DNA of 64,000 nt from an uncultured Planctomycetales bacterium (GCA_964489065.1 CAZAXH010000002.1:214177-278176), one strand, 5' to 3'; positions 1-9,307 are shown, numbered from the stretch's first letter. Translations and numbers: made by a program. The notes: a model not told the origin generated them from the letters alone.

Positions 1-16
1 AGGGTGGGACACGTTT

Positions 17-685
17 ATGATCCATTCCGATACAAGGCCGCTGGACGAGCGGGAAAAAAGGACCCTTTCTGATGAAATGATTTATTTGATGCAGCAGAAA
101 GAGGCGTTTTTCCGTTTCACGTTGATTCTGGTTTTATGCGGGCTTGTCCTTGGCGTGATGCTGGCTATTTTACAGGCGCAGAAGAATCCTGTCTTGGGAT
201 ACTGGGCTTTTGGCGCCGTGGGATTGTATATCGGTATTTTTTTGTGGGTTTATTTTGGCAATACGCGGGACAACATGACCCGGATCCTTGAGCTGCGCAT
301 GGCCATGGAAACGGGGCTGGTCAAGGTTACGCGTTGCCAATGCTCTCGGGTGGTGGCTCTGCCGGACATCGAAGAGGAGGGGCCAGGGTTTTTCTTGGGG
401 GTCGCTGAGGATAAAATTTTGTTTTTAGGCGGGCCGGGCTATGCTGATCATCCCGACTTCCCGAATTCTGATTTTGAGCTCATTGAGATTTGTGACGCGA
501 ATGGGAAAAATTTGTATTTTGATATTTATTGCCTGGGCGATTCTTTAATTCCGGAAAAGACCCTGGACCAGAATTTTAAAAAGCGTTGTCTGGCCGCGGG
601 TTGTTATCCGCAAGACAGGGAGATTCTTGAAGGACGGTTGGACGACTTGGAGACACGCTTGTCGGCGCGGGAAAAAATACATTGA
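17..685 (+). CDS. hypothetical membrane protein (2 predicted TM helices near N-terminus)
   Basis: ATG-initiated 222 aa ORF with hydrophobic stretches; no recognisable family motif. Confidence 0.4.
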   Translation: MIHSDTRPLDEREKRTLSDEMIYLMQQKEAFFRFTLILVLCGLVLGVMLAILQAQKNPVLGYWAFGAVGLYIGIFLWVYFGNTRDNMTRILELRMAMETGLVKVTRCQCSRVVALPDIEEEGPGFFLGVAEDKILFLGGPGYADHPDFPNSDFELIEICDANGKNLYFDIYCLGDSLIPEKTLDQNFKKRCLAAGCYPQDREILEGRLDDLETRLSAREKIH

Positions 686-727
686 AGAACGCTTTCGTCG
701 TCCGGAACGGATGCTGGGGTGTGTTAT

Positions 728-856
728 ATGATAAGAGCCGAGTCTCTTCGTGTTGATTATGATGATGTTAACGCGGTCTATGATCTGAATCTGCATGTGT
801 CTCCCGGGGAAATTTTCCGGCTGGTCGGGCCGAACGGCGCGGGGCTCCCTTTGTGA
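728..856 (+). pseudogene. ABC transporter ATP-binding protein, N-terminal fragment (truncated just after Walker A)
   Basis: Translation MIRAESLRVDYDDVNAVYDLNLHVSPGEIFRLVGPNGAGLPL* matches the conserved N-terminus and P-loop (GPNGAG) of ABC ATPases, then hits TGA; the remaining ~200 aa of an ABC ATPase are missing. Confidence 0.45.
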
Positions 857-1407
857 ATTCAGATTACTCCATCACATTCTCTTTGCTTGATCGAGCTGTT
901 AACTTTATTTTAATTGTTCTCGGGGGGTATCTTTTAGCCTGGGGGCTTGGGCGGGGGAAAAATTTTGTCCGCCCCCGGGGGGTCACTTTATTCGGTATAC
1001 TGTTGATAGCTTTGTCCATAGACCAGATTTTAAGCTACCGGAATTTCCCTTACTATTACTTTATGTTCCATCAGCTTCCTTATCCGTCCATCCTGGCCCG
1101 GTATTGCCTTTCCCTGCTTTCCCGCGGGTGTGTTGTGTTCTTGGGGGTGGGCCTGCTGGAGATGAAAACCTGGGCGCGCCGGGGAACATTCTGCTTGGGC
1201 CTCCTGTTGTTGGCCGGATTCCCGTGGAAGCACCCCATATATGTTTTTATTAATCTCGCGGAATTGACAGAACAACGTTTCCCGGGACATATTGTAATCG
1301 ACCCGTGGCTTGGGTATATATTTTACGTTGGACTGGACATCCTTTTCGCGGTGTCGATGTTGTTTTATTTCTCCCGCCCCTCCGTGAAGCGCCATTTCCT
1401 TTCTTGA
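853..1407 (+). CDS. hypothetical polytopic membrane protein (possible ABC-2 permease remnant), GTG start
   Basis: 184 aa highly hydrophobic ORF directly after the ABC ATPase fragment. Confidence 0.3.
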   Translation: MNSDYSITFSLLDRAVNFILIVLGGYLLAWGLGRGKNFVRPRGVTLFGILLIALSIDQILSYRNFPYYYFMFHQLPYPSILARYCLSLLSRGCVVFLGVGLLEMKTWARRGTFCLGLLLLAGFPWKHPIYVFINLAELTEQRFPGHIVIDPWLGYIFYVGLDILFAVSMLFYFSRPSVKRHFLS

Positions 1408-1473
1408 ATTCCCGAAGCCTTTACTTTTGTTCCTTGGGGCGGCGTTTGGACTTCATCCTGGACAGTAATTTTG

Positions 1474-1508
1474 TTGACAAAGCGAGTTCTCTAAAATATT
1501 ATGAGTCT
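1474..1508 (+). promoter_or_regulatory. sigma70-like promoter (TTGACA-17-TATTAT) upstream of the DUF2934 gene
   Basis: TTGACA at 1474-1479, 17 nt spacer, TATTAT. Confidence 0.4.
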
Positions 1509-1663
1509 GCGTAAGGGATAGAAGAATCCTCTGAAATGCTTGCTTCGGTGTGGTCATATCCTGGGAAGCAAAGGAGATTGTTGTACAAAAGGAGTATTTC
1601 CTTGGACTGAAAGAAGACCGTTATATTTTAAGGCGGGAGTATTTTTTAGAAAGGAGTTGTCCA

Positions 1664-1873
1664 ATGGCAACGGAAATAAGGAAAAGAAGCGAACAAAAAG
1701 GCATCGTATCCCATGGAGCCCCGCAGGTTCGATCCGGGAATAACATTGGCCGCATTTCGCGTGAAGATATTCAAAGGAAAGCTTACGAATTGTTTCAGCG
1801 CCGGGGCGGATTGCACGGCCAGGATTTGTCAGATTGGTTGGAAGCCGAAAAGCTGTTATTGGGGCGTCAATAA
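1664..1873 (+). CDS. DUF2934 domain small protein
   Basis: C-terminal motif REDIQRKAYELFQRRGGLHGQDLSDWLEAEKLL is the DUF2934 signature; RBS AAAGGAG 8 nt upstream of ATG 1664. Confidence 0.6.
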   Translation: MATEIRKRSEQKGIVSHGAPQVRSGNNIGRISREDIQRKAYELFQRRGGLHGQDLSDWLEAEKLLLGRQ

Positions 1874-2154
1874 ACACCCTGTTTGTGCCGGATTTTGTTT
1901 TAAGATCTGTCCTTTAGAGCATTTTGAGAGTCCTTCGTGATATTCCCTTTTCCTGTAATGTGATGAAGTGGCGGGGCGGTGCTTTTTTGTTTTCTGTGTG
2001 GGATGCGATAAGGTATGCCGGTTTCGGTCGTCCGGTCCGGATTGCTTTCTTGGGGAAAAGGGATGGGGCCGTCAAACATGTTTTGCCGTTGAAATCTTGG
2101 CCCTTTTGCGTCTGTGAAACACGCATAACATAAATTGCTTCCCCTTGGAACAAG

Positions 2155-2167
2155 AGATGCTATAATA
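2155..2167 (+). promoter_or_regulatory. extended -10 promoter (TGcTATAAT) about 30 nt upstream of repeat copy A
   Basis: gaTGcTATAAT at 2157-2167. Confidence 0.35.
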
Positions 2168-2202
2168 CATAAAAATTTTCCGGTTATTTCAGCCGGAGTT
2201 TC

Positions 2203-2400
2203 TTCGATGAGCATTTAGTTTACACGACCCAAGGAAGTGTAAACTAGAAATGCGAATTGATCCTGCGCGAGAGAGCCCAAGCGAACGAGCCGCTGGATGC
2301 TAGTTTTAATACACGACTCAAGAAGGATGGTGGGTTAATACCCAGCAGCTTGCTGCGGTTTATTGAGTCTAGGGCTTGCTCTGGGGTTTATATTTTTGAT
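2203..2400 (+). ncRNA. Copy A of a repeated ~170-200 nt structured element (candidate cis-regulatory leader RNA) immediately 5' of a receiver-domain gene
   Basis: Near-identical to 6371-6540 in the 5' ~85 nt and 3' ~60 nt. Contains a 10-bp perfect stem TAGTTTACAC/GTGTAAACTA and tandem hairpins with GCUUGC-type loops; ends 18 nt before ATG 2418. Confidence 0.6.
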
Positions 2401-2417
2401 TATGATGGGAACTCGGT

Positions 2418-2810
2418 ATGTTTGATGTTAAAGCAACGGTCTTAATAGTCGATGATGACGAAGTAACGCGCAGGTTGCTGGAGAAGATCCTTATTAATAA
2501 TTCTTATAAGGTCGAAACAGCGGCTCACGGCTTAGAGGGCATTAAGAAGTACTGGCGTTCCCGTCCTGATTTGATCGTCCTGGATATCCAGATGCCGGTT
2601 ATGGATGGCTTTGAATTTATTGCGGAATTTAAGAAGATCGGGGATTTGAAGCGCACTCCTATCATCATCCTGACGTCTTTCGAAACAAAGCAGGCGGCTA
2701 TGGCGGTGGAAGGCATTGATGATTATTTCACGAAACCTTTTAAAATGAGTGAGTTGGTCAGCCGTATTGATGAACTGGTCTTGAAGAAAAACGCTGAAAA
2801 CAGCCCCTGA
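2418..2810 (+). CDS. response regulator, receiver domain only (CheY-like)
   Basis: VLIVDDDEVTRRLL...DLIVLDIQMPVMDGFEF...K (DD, phospho-Asp, Lys). Confidence 0.85.
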   Translation: MFDVKATVLIVDDDEVTRRLLEKILINNSYKVETAAHGLEGIKKYWRSRPDLIVLDIQMPVMDGFEFIAEFKKIGDLKRTPIIILTSFETKQAAMAVEGIDDYFTKPFKMSELVSRIDELVLKKNAENSP

Positions 2811-3024
2811 AATTCGCCTGCGGCTTTGAAGGCAAAGGATGCCCCGGGGGTTTGAACTTGAAAAATCCAGACGTCTTCCCTTCACGGATATTCCATGATT
2901 TCTATAAAACAAGTTATTGCCGGGCGAGTGCGTAAGAAAAGACGTCCGTAAGGGCAGGGGAACGGCGCTTACGGAGTTCCCCTGGCGTCTGCACCACACG
3001 GCCGGCGGATGGAACAGATGCACC

Positions 3025-4950
3025 ATGATATACGATGCGTTTCAACAAAAAGCCATTGATATTATTAACTCCGGACAGTCCGTCTTGGTTTCTGCCCCGA
3101 CGGGGGCGGGCAAGACGGTCATTGCCGAGCATGTGATATTGACATCCTTGCAGCAAAAAAGCAAGGTCGTTTATACCGCTCCCATTAAAGCCCTGTCCAA
3201 CCAGAAATATCGGGATTTCCAGACCCAGTTCTCGGACTCCGTTGGCATCCTTACGGGGGATGTCAGCATTAATCCGAACGCGCCCGCGCTTATTATGACA
3301 ACGGAAATTTTCCGGAATAAAATCGTGGAGGATAAAGAGACCCTCCGGGACTATTCCTGGGTCATTTTTGACGAAATCCATTATCTCGATGACTATGAAC
3401 GGGGAACGGTCTGGGAGGAGGCCCTGATTCTTATGCCGGATCATATGAATATCCTCGGGCTCTCTGCCACAGTGCCCAATATTGAACAACTGGGGCGCTG
3501 GATAGAAAGGGTGCACGGGAGGCCTGTTAAGATTGTTAAGGAACACAGACGGCCGGTCCCGCTTCATTTCTTTTATCAGTGCCAGAATGAAATCTATGAT
3601 GATTTTCAGAAATTTATTAAAGACGGTTACCGGGGCGTCATCCCTCCGCGTTCCGGGCAGGAAAGGTCAAGCCATTCGTTGGATGTCAAACCCAACCGGT
3701 TATCGACCCTGGTGAAACATCTTAAAGAAAAGGGACTGTTTCCTTGTATCTATTTTGTCTTCAGCCGCAAACGGACGGAATATCTGGCGCAGGAGCTGCA
3801 GCATTTTAATTTTCTCGACGGCCGGGAAGAGCAGGACGTCCGGGCGATGTATGATGCGTTATGCGAACGGTTTGACCTGACGGCGGAAGCCAGCGCCGCC
3901 AAACTACGCCCTTTCGTCGAGCGGGGAATTGCTTATCATCATGCCGGGATGCTCCCCACGCTCAAGGAAGTTGTGGAAAGGTTGTTCACGAGTCGCTTGA
4001 TAAAAGTTATATTCACGACCGAAACGTTTGCCTTGGGGATCAATATGCCCGCGCGGACCGTTGTTTTCGACGAGATGAGGAAGTTTTACGGGCGTTCCTT
4101 TAGTGTTATGAAGACGAGAGATTTTTACCAGATGGCCGGCCGGGCCGGACGGCGCTCCATTGATCAGGAAGGATTTGTGTTTTGCCGGGTTAACCCGTTT
4201 CAGGTTTCTGCCCGGAATCTGCACGATATGATCCACAACACGCCGGAACAGGTTTCTTCCCGGTTTAACCTGTCGTACGCTACGATTCTGAATTTATTTC
4301 ATCAGTATCAGGACCGTATGGTGGATATTTATCCCCGCTCTTTGCATTTTTATCAGGAGAAGAAAATTTCCCGGAGTAAAGCCGTCCGTCTCCTGCAGCG
4401 GAAAATGAAAGTCCTGAAGGACATGAAATACATCCAGGACGGGGAATTGACGGAGAAGGGACTGTTCGCGAGCCGGGTCTACGGTTATGAGCTGATTCTT
4501 TCTGAACTGTTTTCCTGGGGGATTTTTGATAAACTTTCTTTGATGGAACTGGGAGTCCTTTGCATCGCGGTTGTTTATGAGCCGCGAAAGGGCGCCCAGA
4601 AACCGAAACTGCGCGGGCAGACGAAAGTCCTCGAGAGGATCACCTCGGATGCTATTAAGATGATTCATAAAGTGGAAAAACGGGCTGATATTAAACCTTT
4701 AAGTAAGATGTGTTATTTTCATCTGGCCGAAGCCATGGAAGGATGGATTAAGGGGGAGTCTTTTGACCGTATTTTGCAATATTCTGATGCGGATGAGGGA
4801 GAGGTCGTCCGGTATTTTAGGATGGTCCTGCAGGTTTTGCGGGAACTTCAGGAAACCCCTTTGCCGGATCAGGCCAAGGAGCAGATCGGAAAACTTGTCA
4901 GGATTATTGACCGTGATGTGGTGGATTCGGAACGGCAACTTCGGGGATAA
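3025..4950 (+). CDS. Ski2-like DEAD/DEAH-box superfamily-2 helicase
   Basis: Walker A SAPTGAGKT, DEIH box (FDEIHYLDD), helicase C domain; ATG 3025 chosen (MIYDAFQQKAID...). Confidence 0.8.
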   Translation: MIYDAFQQKAIDIINSGQSVLVSAPTGAGKTVIAEHVILTSLQQKSKVVYTAPIKALSNQKYRDFQTQFSDSVGILTGDVSINPNAPALIMTTEIFRNKIVEDKETLRDYSWVIFDEIHYLDDYERGTVWEEALILMPDHMNILGLSATVPNIEQLGRWIERVHGRPVKIVKEHRRPVPLHFFYQCQNEIYDDFQKFIKDGYRGVIPPRSGQERSSHSLDVKPNRLSTLVKHLKEKGLFPCIYFVFSRKRTEYLAQELQHFNFLDGREEQDVRAMYDALCERFDLTAEASAAKLRPFVERGIAYHHAGMLPTLKEVVERLFTSRLIKVIFTTETFALGINMPARTVVFDEMRKFYGRSFSVMKTRDFYQMAGRAGRRSIDQEGFVFCRVNPFQVSARNLHDMIHNTPEQVSSRFNLSYATILNLFHQYQDRMVDIYPRSLHFYQEKKISRSKAVRLLQRKMKVLKDMKYIQDGELTEKGLFASRVYGYELILSELFSWGIFDKLSLMELGVLCIAVVYEPRKGAQKPKLRGQTKVLERITSDAIKMIHKVEKRADIKPLSKMCYFHLAEAMEGWIKGESFDRILQYSDADEGEVVRYFRMVLQVLRELQETPLPDQAKEQIGKLVRIIDRDVVDSERQLRG

Positions 4951-5073
4951 CCGGCTTGTTATTGATGTTAGACAAGAGCCGTCAAATGGTGTATAGTATC
5001 TCGGGTTAAAAGCGGCTGGCACATTATTCCCCTTGGGGAGAGGGGAGCAACGGGTTAGAAAAGGAGGTGGGCG

Positions 5074-5469
5074 ATGACAGAAATGAAAGATTTATTTCAA
5101 AACGCTGACTGGAAAAAGGAAAAACACGTCCCGGTGATTCAGGCCCCGGCCAAAGTTCAGAAAGGGGAGGTCGTTAAAGTGACCGCGACCATCGGGAAGG
5201 AAATCCCTCATCCCAACACAACCGCTCATCACATTAGCTGGGTTACGGTCTTTTTTCACCCGGAAGGCGAAAAGTTCCCTTTTGAAATCAGCCGGACGGA
5301 ATTTTCCGCGCATGGGGCATCAGCCAATGGGGCGGATACGAGTACGGTTTATACTCAATATGAAACCCAGTCGAGTTTTAAAACAGATAAGGCCGGGACA
5401 ATCATAGCTGCGAGTTATTGTAATATCCATGGGTTATGGCAAAGTTCCCAGCCGCTCGCCGTAGAGTAA
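5074..5469 (+). CDS. superoxide reductase (neelaredoxin / 1Fe-SOR, desulfoferrodoxin centre II type)
   Basis: EKHVPVI motif, His/Cys ligands (H..H, CNIHG), ~130 aa; RBS AAGGAGG. Confidence 0.8.
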   Translation: MTEMKDLFQNADWKKEKHVPVIQAPAKVQKGEVVKVTATIGKEIPHPNTTAHHISWVTVFFHPEGEKFPFEISRTEFSAHGASANGADTSTVYTQYETQSSFKTDKAGTIIAASYCNIHGLWQSSQPLAVE

Positions 5470-5504
5470 ACAAGGATGAATTTTATAAAAAAGGGAGGCC
5501 CTTC

Positions 5505-5690
5505 ATGAGAGCGAAGGTCGATAAGGAGTTATGCATGGGATGTGAGTTATGTGTTCAAACATGCGGAGAGGTTTTTCAAATGAAAGATGGCGTGGCTTTT
5601 GCTGCTGTTGATCCGGTTCCGGAAGATTGTGAAGATTTATGCCAGCAGGCGGCGGATGATTGCCCGGTCGAGGCGATAAAAATTCTATAA
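5505..5690 (+). CDS. 4Fe-4S ferredoxin
   Basis: CMGCELCVQTCG ... CPVEAI; RBS AAGGGAGG 7 nt upstream of ATG 5505. Confidence 0.75.
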   Translation: MRAKVDKELCMGCELCVQTCGEVFQMKDGVAFAAVDPVPEDCEDLCQQAADDCPVEAIKIL

Positions 5691-5710
5691 GCCGGAGGAG
5701 AGTTTTTAGA

Positions 5711-5749
5711 ACACAGGCAGGCTTTTTCAGGTCTGCCTGTGTTTTTTGG
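5711..5749. terminator. bidirectional rho-independent terminator between convergent ferredoxin and yjbQ
   Basis: acacaggcag...ctgcctgtgt stem followed by TTTTTT; A-rich on the other side. Confidence 0.6.
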
Positions 5750-5776
5750 ATATGAACTTACAAGGGGCCCTCTTGA

Positions 5777-6172
5777 TTACCCCGCGATAAATTTAATCCA
5801 TATTTCACGGGAACGCGGGCCATCAAATTCCATGAAGTAGATTCCCTGCCATGTCCCCAACTGGATACAGCCGTTTTCAACCAGAAAAGTCTGCGAGAAA
5901 TTGATTAGCGCGCCTTTAATATGGGCGTCGGAATTCCCTTCGCTGTGCCTGAAATCTGCGGATGGGGGTACCGCTTCTTTTAAGAAGGAGAGTAAATCCC
6001 GTTTGACGTCCAGGTCGGCGTTTTCATTGACGCTTAAAGCTGCGGTCGTGTGTGGGGAGTACAGGGCGAGGATTCCCGCCTGCCAGCGTTTCTTCCTGAC
6101 AATAGTCTGTAAGTTTTCTGTAATATCAAGGATTTCTTCACGTGCGTGGGTATTAATCCGGATGATGTGCAT
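5777..6172 (-). CDS. yjbQ: YjbQ/UPF0047 family protein (secondary thiamine-phosphate synthase family)
   Basis: HTTAAL...GTWQGIYFMEFDGPRSR motif; start taken at MHIIRINT (ATG 6172); the longer 186-aa ORF translates the upstream repeat. Confidence 0.75.
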   Translation of the reverse strand: MHIIRINTHAREEILDITENLQTIVRKKRWQAGILALYSPHTTAALSVNENADLDVKRDLLSFLKEAVPPSADFRHSEGNSDAHIKGALINFSQTFLVENGCIQLGTWQGIYFMEFDGPRSREIWIKFIAG

Positions 6173-6175
6173 GAT

Positions 6176-6245
6176 TTGATATCCCGCAGATTGCTGTGGT
6201 TCATTGAGTCCAGAGCTTGCTCTGGGGTTTACGCCTTTAATTATA
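6176..6245 (+). ncRNA. Copy B (3' module only) of the repeated structured element
   Basis: ttgatatcccgcagattgctgtggttcattgagtccagagcttgctctggggttt matches the 3' ends of copies A and C; first hairpin carries G·U-compatible changes. Confidence 0.55.
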
Positions 6246-6320
6246 ACGGAAGGTTCCCTTTGTTGCCAGGGGGGATAACGATAAATAAAAATTTGATATA
6301 AAAGGCCGAAATTTTGAGGT

Positions 6321-6350
6321 TTTATCTTGAGGTCCATTTCGTCTGCTGTT
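6321..6350 (+). promoter_or_regulatory. putative promoter (TTGAGG-17-TAGTAT) about 20 nt upstream of repeat copy C
   Basis: spacing and hexamers read directly. Confidence 0.35.
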
Positions 6351-6370
6351 AGTATGAATATAAATATTTA

Positions 6371-6540
6371 TTCAATGAGCATTTAGTTTGCACGACCCAA
6401 GGGAGTGTAAACTAGAAATGCGAATTGATCCTGAAGCGAGAGAGCCCAGGCGAACGAGTGAAGGATATTGGTTGAATATCCCGCAGCTTGCTGCGGTTCA
6501 TTGAGTCCAGAGCTTGCTCTGGGGTTCATACCTTTGATTT
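6371..6540 (+). ncRNA. Copy C of the repeated structured element, 5' of the hybrid sensor kinase gene
   Basis: Aligned with copy A (2203-2400): same 10-bp stem, conserved cgaattgatcctg.gcgagagagccca.gcgaacgag block, variable middle, tandem 3' hairpins. Confidence 0.6.
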
Positions 6541-6648
6541 CAAAATAGTTTAAGAATAAACAATTTTTGCGGATTTTATCGACGTCCATAACCTATATGC
6601 CGGGTTAATTTGTATCCCGGAATAAACGTGTCCTGGGCCAGTGCGGAT

Positions 6649-9237
6649 ATGAAGAATCGAATAAGTCTCGATTTTAAGATCATGATTTCTCTTCTTCTCG
6701 TGTCGTTGGTCCCCTTCCTGTGCACCCTTTTTCTGATTCATAAAATAATAGCGCAGCGTGTCCGGCAGGAAAGCGCGGAGGGACTCATAACCTATGTCCG
6801 GCTTATTGGCAAGCAGGTTGAGAGCCTGGTTGCCCTGACTTTGATGCATACAGAAACAATGGCGAGGAGCCCGGGGTTTACGTCCGGGGATAATTCTCAA
6901 GATGCGATGACCCGGCGCATCAGCTATGCCTTGAATATTAATAGTCTCTTCGAGGATTTTGTGCTGGTTGATCAGGAAGGGCGGGTTATGGCTTCTACAT
7001 CTGATCAATCCCCGGAAGATTGGAAAGGGCAACCATGGTTTTATGCCGGCCTCCGGGGGAAATCGACAGTTTCCCCTGTCCAGGCCGTCACGATGCCCTT
7101 CCGTTTGGTTTATTGGACCGTGGCGCCCGTTTTCCGTGATGACGGAAGCGTGTCAGCCCTGATGATGGGCCGGGTAAGGCTGGGAGACATCAGCCAGTTA
7201 GCCCACCATCAGCTTGTCCGCCGGGGAGGACAAATTTTTATCGTGGATGACCAGGGATATCTTTTGGACTACCCTGATTACAAAAAATTATTATATCAGT
7301 TGGACCCGGAAGGTCTTCGGCAAAAAGTCCTGGCGGCCCAGGAGGGGTTCTGGGAGTTTACGGACAGCACCAGGGTCCCGAAAGTTTGCGCTTTTACTAT
7401 CATGACCGGGTTCGGCGGCTATCCCGGCCAGGGATGGCGCATCGGGATCATTCATGACCGTCAGGAGGTTTTTGCGGTCATGGATAGAATTAAGCAGCAG
7501 GCTTTGTGGATTGCTATCGTTGGGGGATTTCTTATTATCCTGTTGTCGCCTTTGTTGAGCATGGCCATTGTCGATCCGGTGAAAAAATTGGTGGAAGCTT
7601 CTGCCCGCATTGCGAACGGTGATTTAAATAGCCCGGTGCGCATCAGTTCTGACGATGAAATCGGTGATTTGGCGGCTTGTCTTAATGATATGGTCCGGAA
7701 AATCCGGTTTTCCCGAGGGGAATTGGAAGCGGAAAAAGAGCGGCTGGCTGTGACGTTGCGGTCAATCACGGATGCGGTGATTACGGTGGATCTGCAGGAC
7801 AGGATAATATTGATGAGTGAAACGGCGGAGAAACTGTGCGGGATGATGCAGGAGGATGTGCGAAATAAAAAATTCACGGAAATTTTTTCTTTTGAAGACA
7901 TACAATTCAGCCCCGGGGAGGACCCGTACCTTTTGCAGATTAAAGAAAGTTGTTTCTCCGTGAAGGGCCGGAGGCGGTGTCTGAAAAATCCGTCGGGAAA
8001 ATTGAAGATGGTAATTTTTAACGCGGCGCCGATTAAAGATCACAATAACGATCTTATTGGGATAGTGGTTGTTTTGCAGGATATTACCGCGGAAGAAAGA
8101 ATCCGGGAGGAACTCAATAAAGTCCAGAAACTAGAAACGATCGGGGTCCTGGCCGGTGGGATCGCGCATGATTTTAATAATATTCTGACGTCCATCGTCG
8201 GGAATGTTTCCCTGGCGAAGTTTAACATGGAGCCGCAGAGCGAGGAGTTTGCGTTGCTCACGGAGGTCGAAAAAACATCTATGGAGGCCAAACAATTGAC
8301 CCAGCAGCTTCTGGCGTTCTCCAAAGGAGGTGCCCCGATCAAGAAGATTATGAAAGTCGGCCCGTTGATCAAGGAATCCGTTGGTTTTGTTTCCCGCGGG
8401 TCCAATGTCGTTTGCTCTTATGATATCTCTGGCGAACTTTGGCCGGCGGAAATTGACGCTGGCCAGATCCGCCAGGTTTTGCATAACTTGACGATTAACG
8501 CCATTCAAGCTATGCCTAAGGGCGGGGGGCTGCAGATATCGGCCAAGAATATTGTGGTTCAGAAAGAACATAATCTCCCTATCCCCGCAGGGATGTATAT
8601 CCTAATATCCGTGCGGGATGAGGGGGTGGGGATCCCGGAAGATGACCTTCCCAAGATTTTTTCCCCGTTTTTTACGACTAAGGCGACGGGAAACGGGTTG
8701 GGATTGGCCGGGAGTTTTTCGATTATCAAAAAACACGGGGGGCACATGACGCTCTCCTCCCGGGTGAATGTCGGCACGACCTTTCATATTTATTTGCCGG
8801 CCACCAATCGTGAAGTTGAGTCAGAAATCACGATGACCCTGGATATCGTCCAAGGGCAGGGACGGGTGTTGGTTTTGGATGACGAATCGCTGGTCAGGGG
8901 GTTATTTGGGCAGTTTTTATTCCGGTTTGGGTTTGAAGTGGTGTTAACAACAAGCGGGGAGGAAGCTGTTGAAAAGTTCAGAGACGCCCAGGAGCAGGGG
9001 CGGCCTTTTTCTTTGGTTATCTTAGACTTGACGATCCGCGGCGGCATGGGGGGAAAGGATACGTTACAGGAACTGCAGAAAATTGATCCCCGCGTCAAGG
9101 CGATCGTGACAAGCGGGTACTCCAATGACCCCGTGATGTCGCAATATCAGAAGTACGGGTTTAAAGGGATGTTGACAAAGCCCTTTAATTTTGACGAGTT
9201 GAATATTATCATTAGACAAGTTCTTGCGCAAGGCTAG
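6649..9237 (+). CDS. hybrid sensor histidine kinase (periplasmic Cache-like sensor, HAMP, PAS, HisKA, HATPase_c, C-terminal REC)
   Basis: TM-flanked extracytoplasmic domain, HAMP, H-box LAGGIAHDFNN, G-boxes, C-terminal receiver VLVLDDE...LVILDL; alternative TTG start at 6610. Confidence 0.85.
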   Translation: MKNRISLDFKIMISLLLVSLVPFLCTLFLIHKIIAQRVRQESAEGLITYVRLIGKQVESLVALTLMHTETMARSPGFTSGDNSQDAMTRRISYALNINSLFEDFVLVDQEGRVMASTSDQSPEDWKGQPWFYAGLRGKSTVSPVQAVTMPFRLVYWTVAPVFRDDGSVSALMMGRVRLGDISQLAHHQLVRRGGQIFIVDDQGYLLDYPDYKKLLYQLDPEGLRQKVLAAQEGFWEFTDSTRVPKVCAFTIMTGFGGYPGQGWRIGIIHDRQEVFAVMDRIKQQALWIAIVGGFLIILLSPLLSMAIVDPVKKLVEASARIANGDLNSPVRISSDDEIGDLAACLNDMVRKIRFSRGELEAEKERLAVTLRSITDAVITVDLQDRIILMSETAEKLCGMMQEDVRNKKFTEIFSFEDIQFSPGEDPYLLQIKESCFSVKGRRRCLKNPSGKLKMVIFNAAPIKDHNNDLIGIVVVLQDITAEERIREELNKVQKLETIGVLAGGIAHDFNNILTSIVGNVSLAKFNMEPQSEEFALLTEVEKTSMEAKQLTQQLLAFSKGGAPIKKIMKVGPLIKESVGFVSRGSNVVCSYDISGELWPAEIDAGQIRQVLHNLTINAIQAMPKGGGLQISAKNIVVQKEHNLPIPAGMYILISVRDEGVGIPEDDLPKIFSPFFTTKATGNGLGLAGSFSIIKKHGGHMTLSSRVNVGTTFHIYLPATNREVESEITMTLDIVQGQGRVLVLDDESLVRGLFGQFLFRFGFEVVLTTSGEEAVEKFRDAQEQGRPFSLVILDLTIRGGMGGKDTLQELQKIDPRVKAIVTSGYSNDPVMSQYQKYGFKGMLTKPFNFDELNIIIRQVLAQG

Positions 9238-9307
9238 AGGCGGGAGAAACATCGGGGATTGACAACAGCTGACGTTGCGGTGCTTTTTATCTGAAGAGGA
9301 GGGTGGC

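Noticed and set aside
2257-2445. Small ORFs inside the repeated element (for example MRIDPARESPSERAAGC in copy A, MRIDPEAREPRRTSEGYW... in copy C; the long N-terminal extension of yjbQ)
   Set aside because: The copies are conserved at nucleotide level, but indels shift the frames so the peptides diverge after 8 residues. The conservation pattern and G·U-compatible changes fit RNA structure, not a coding leader peptide.
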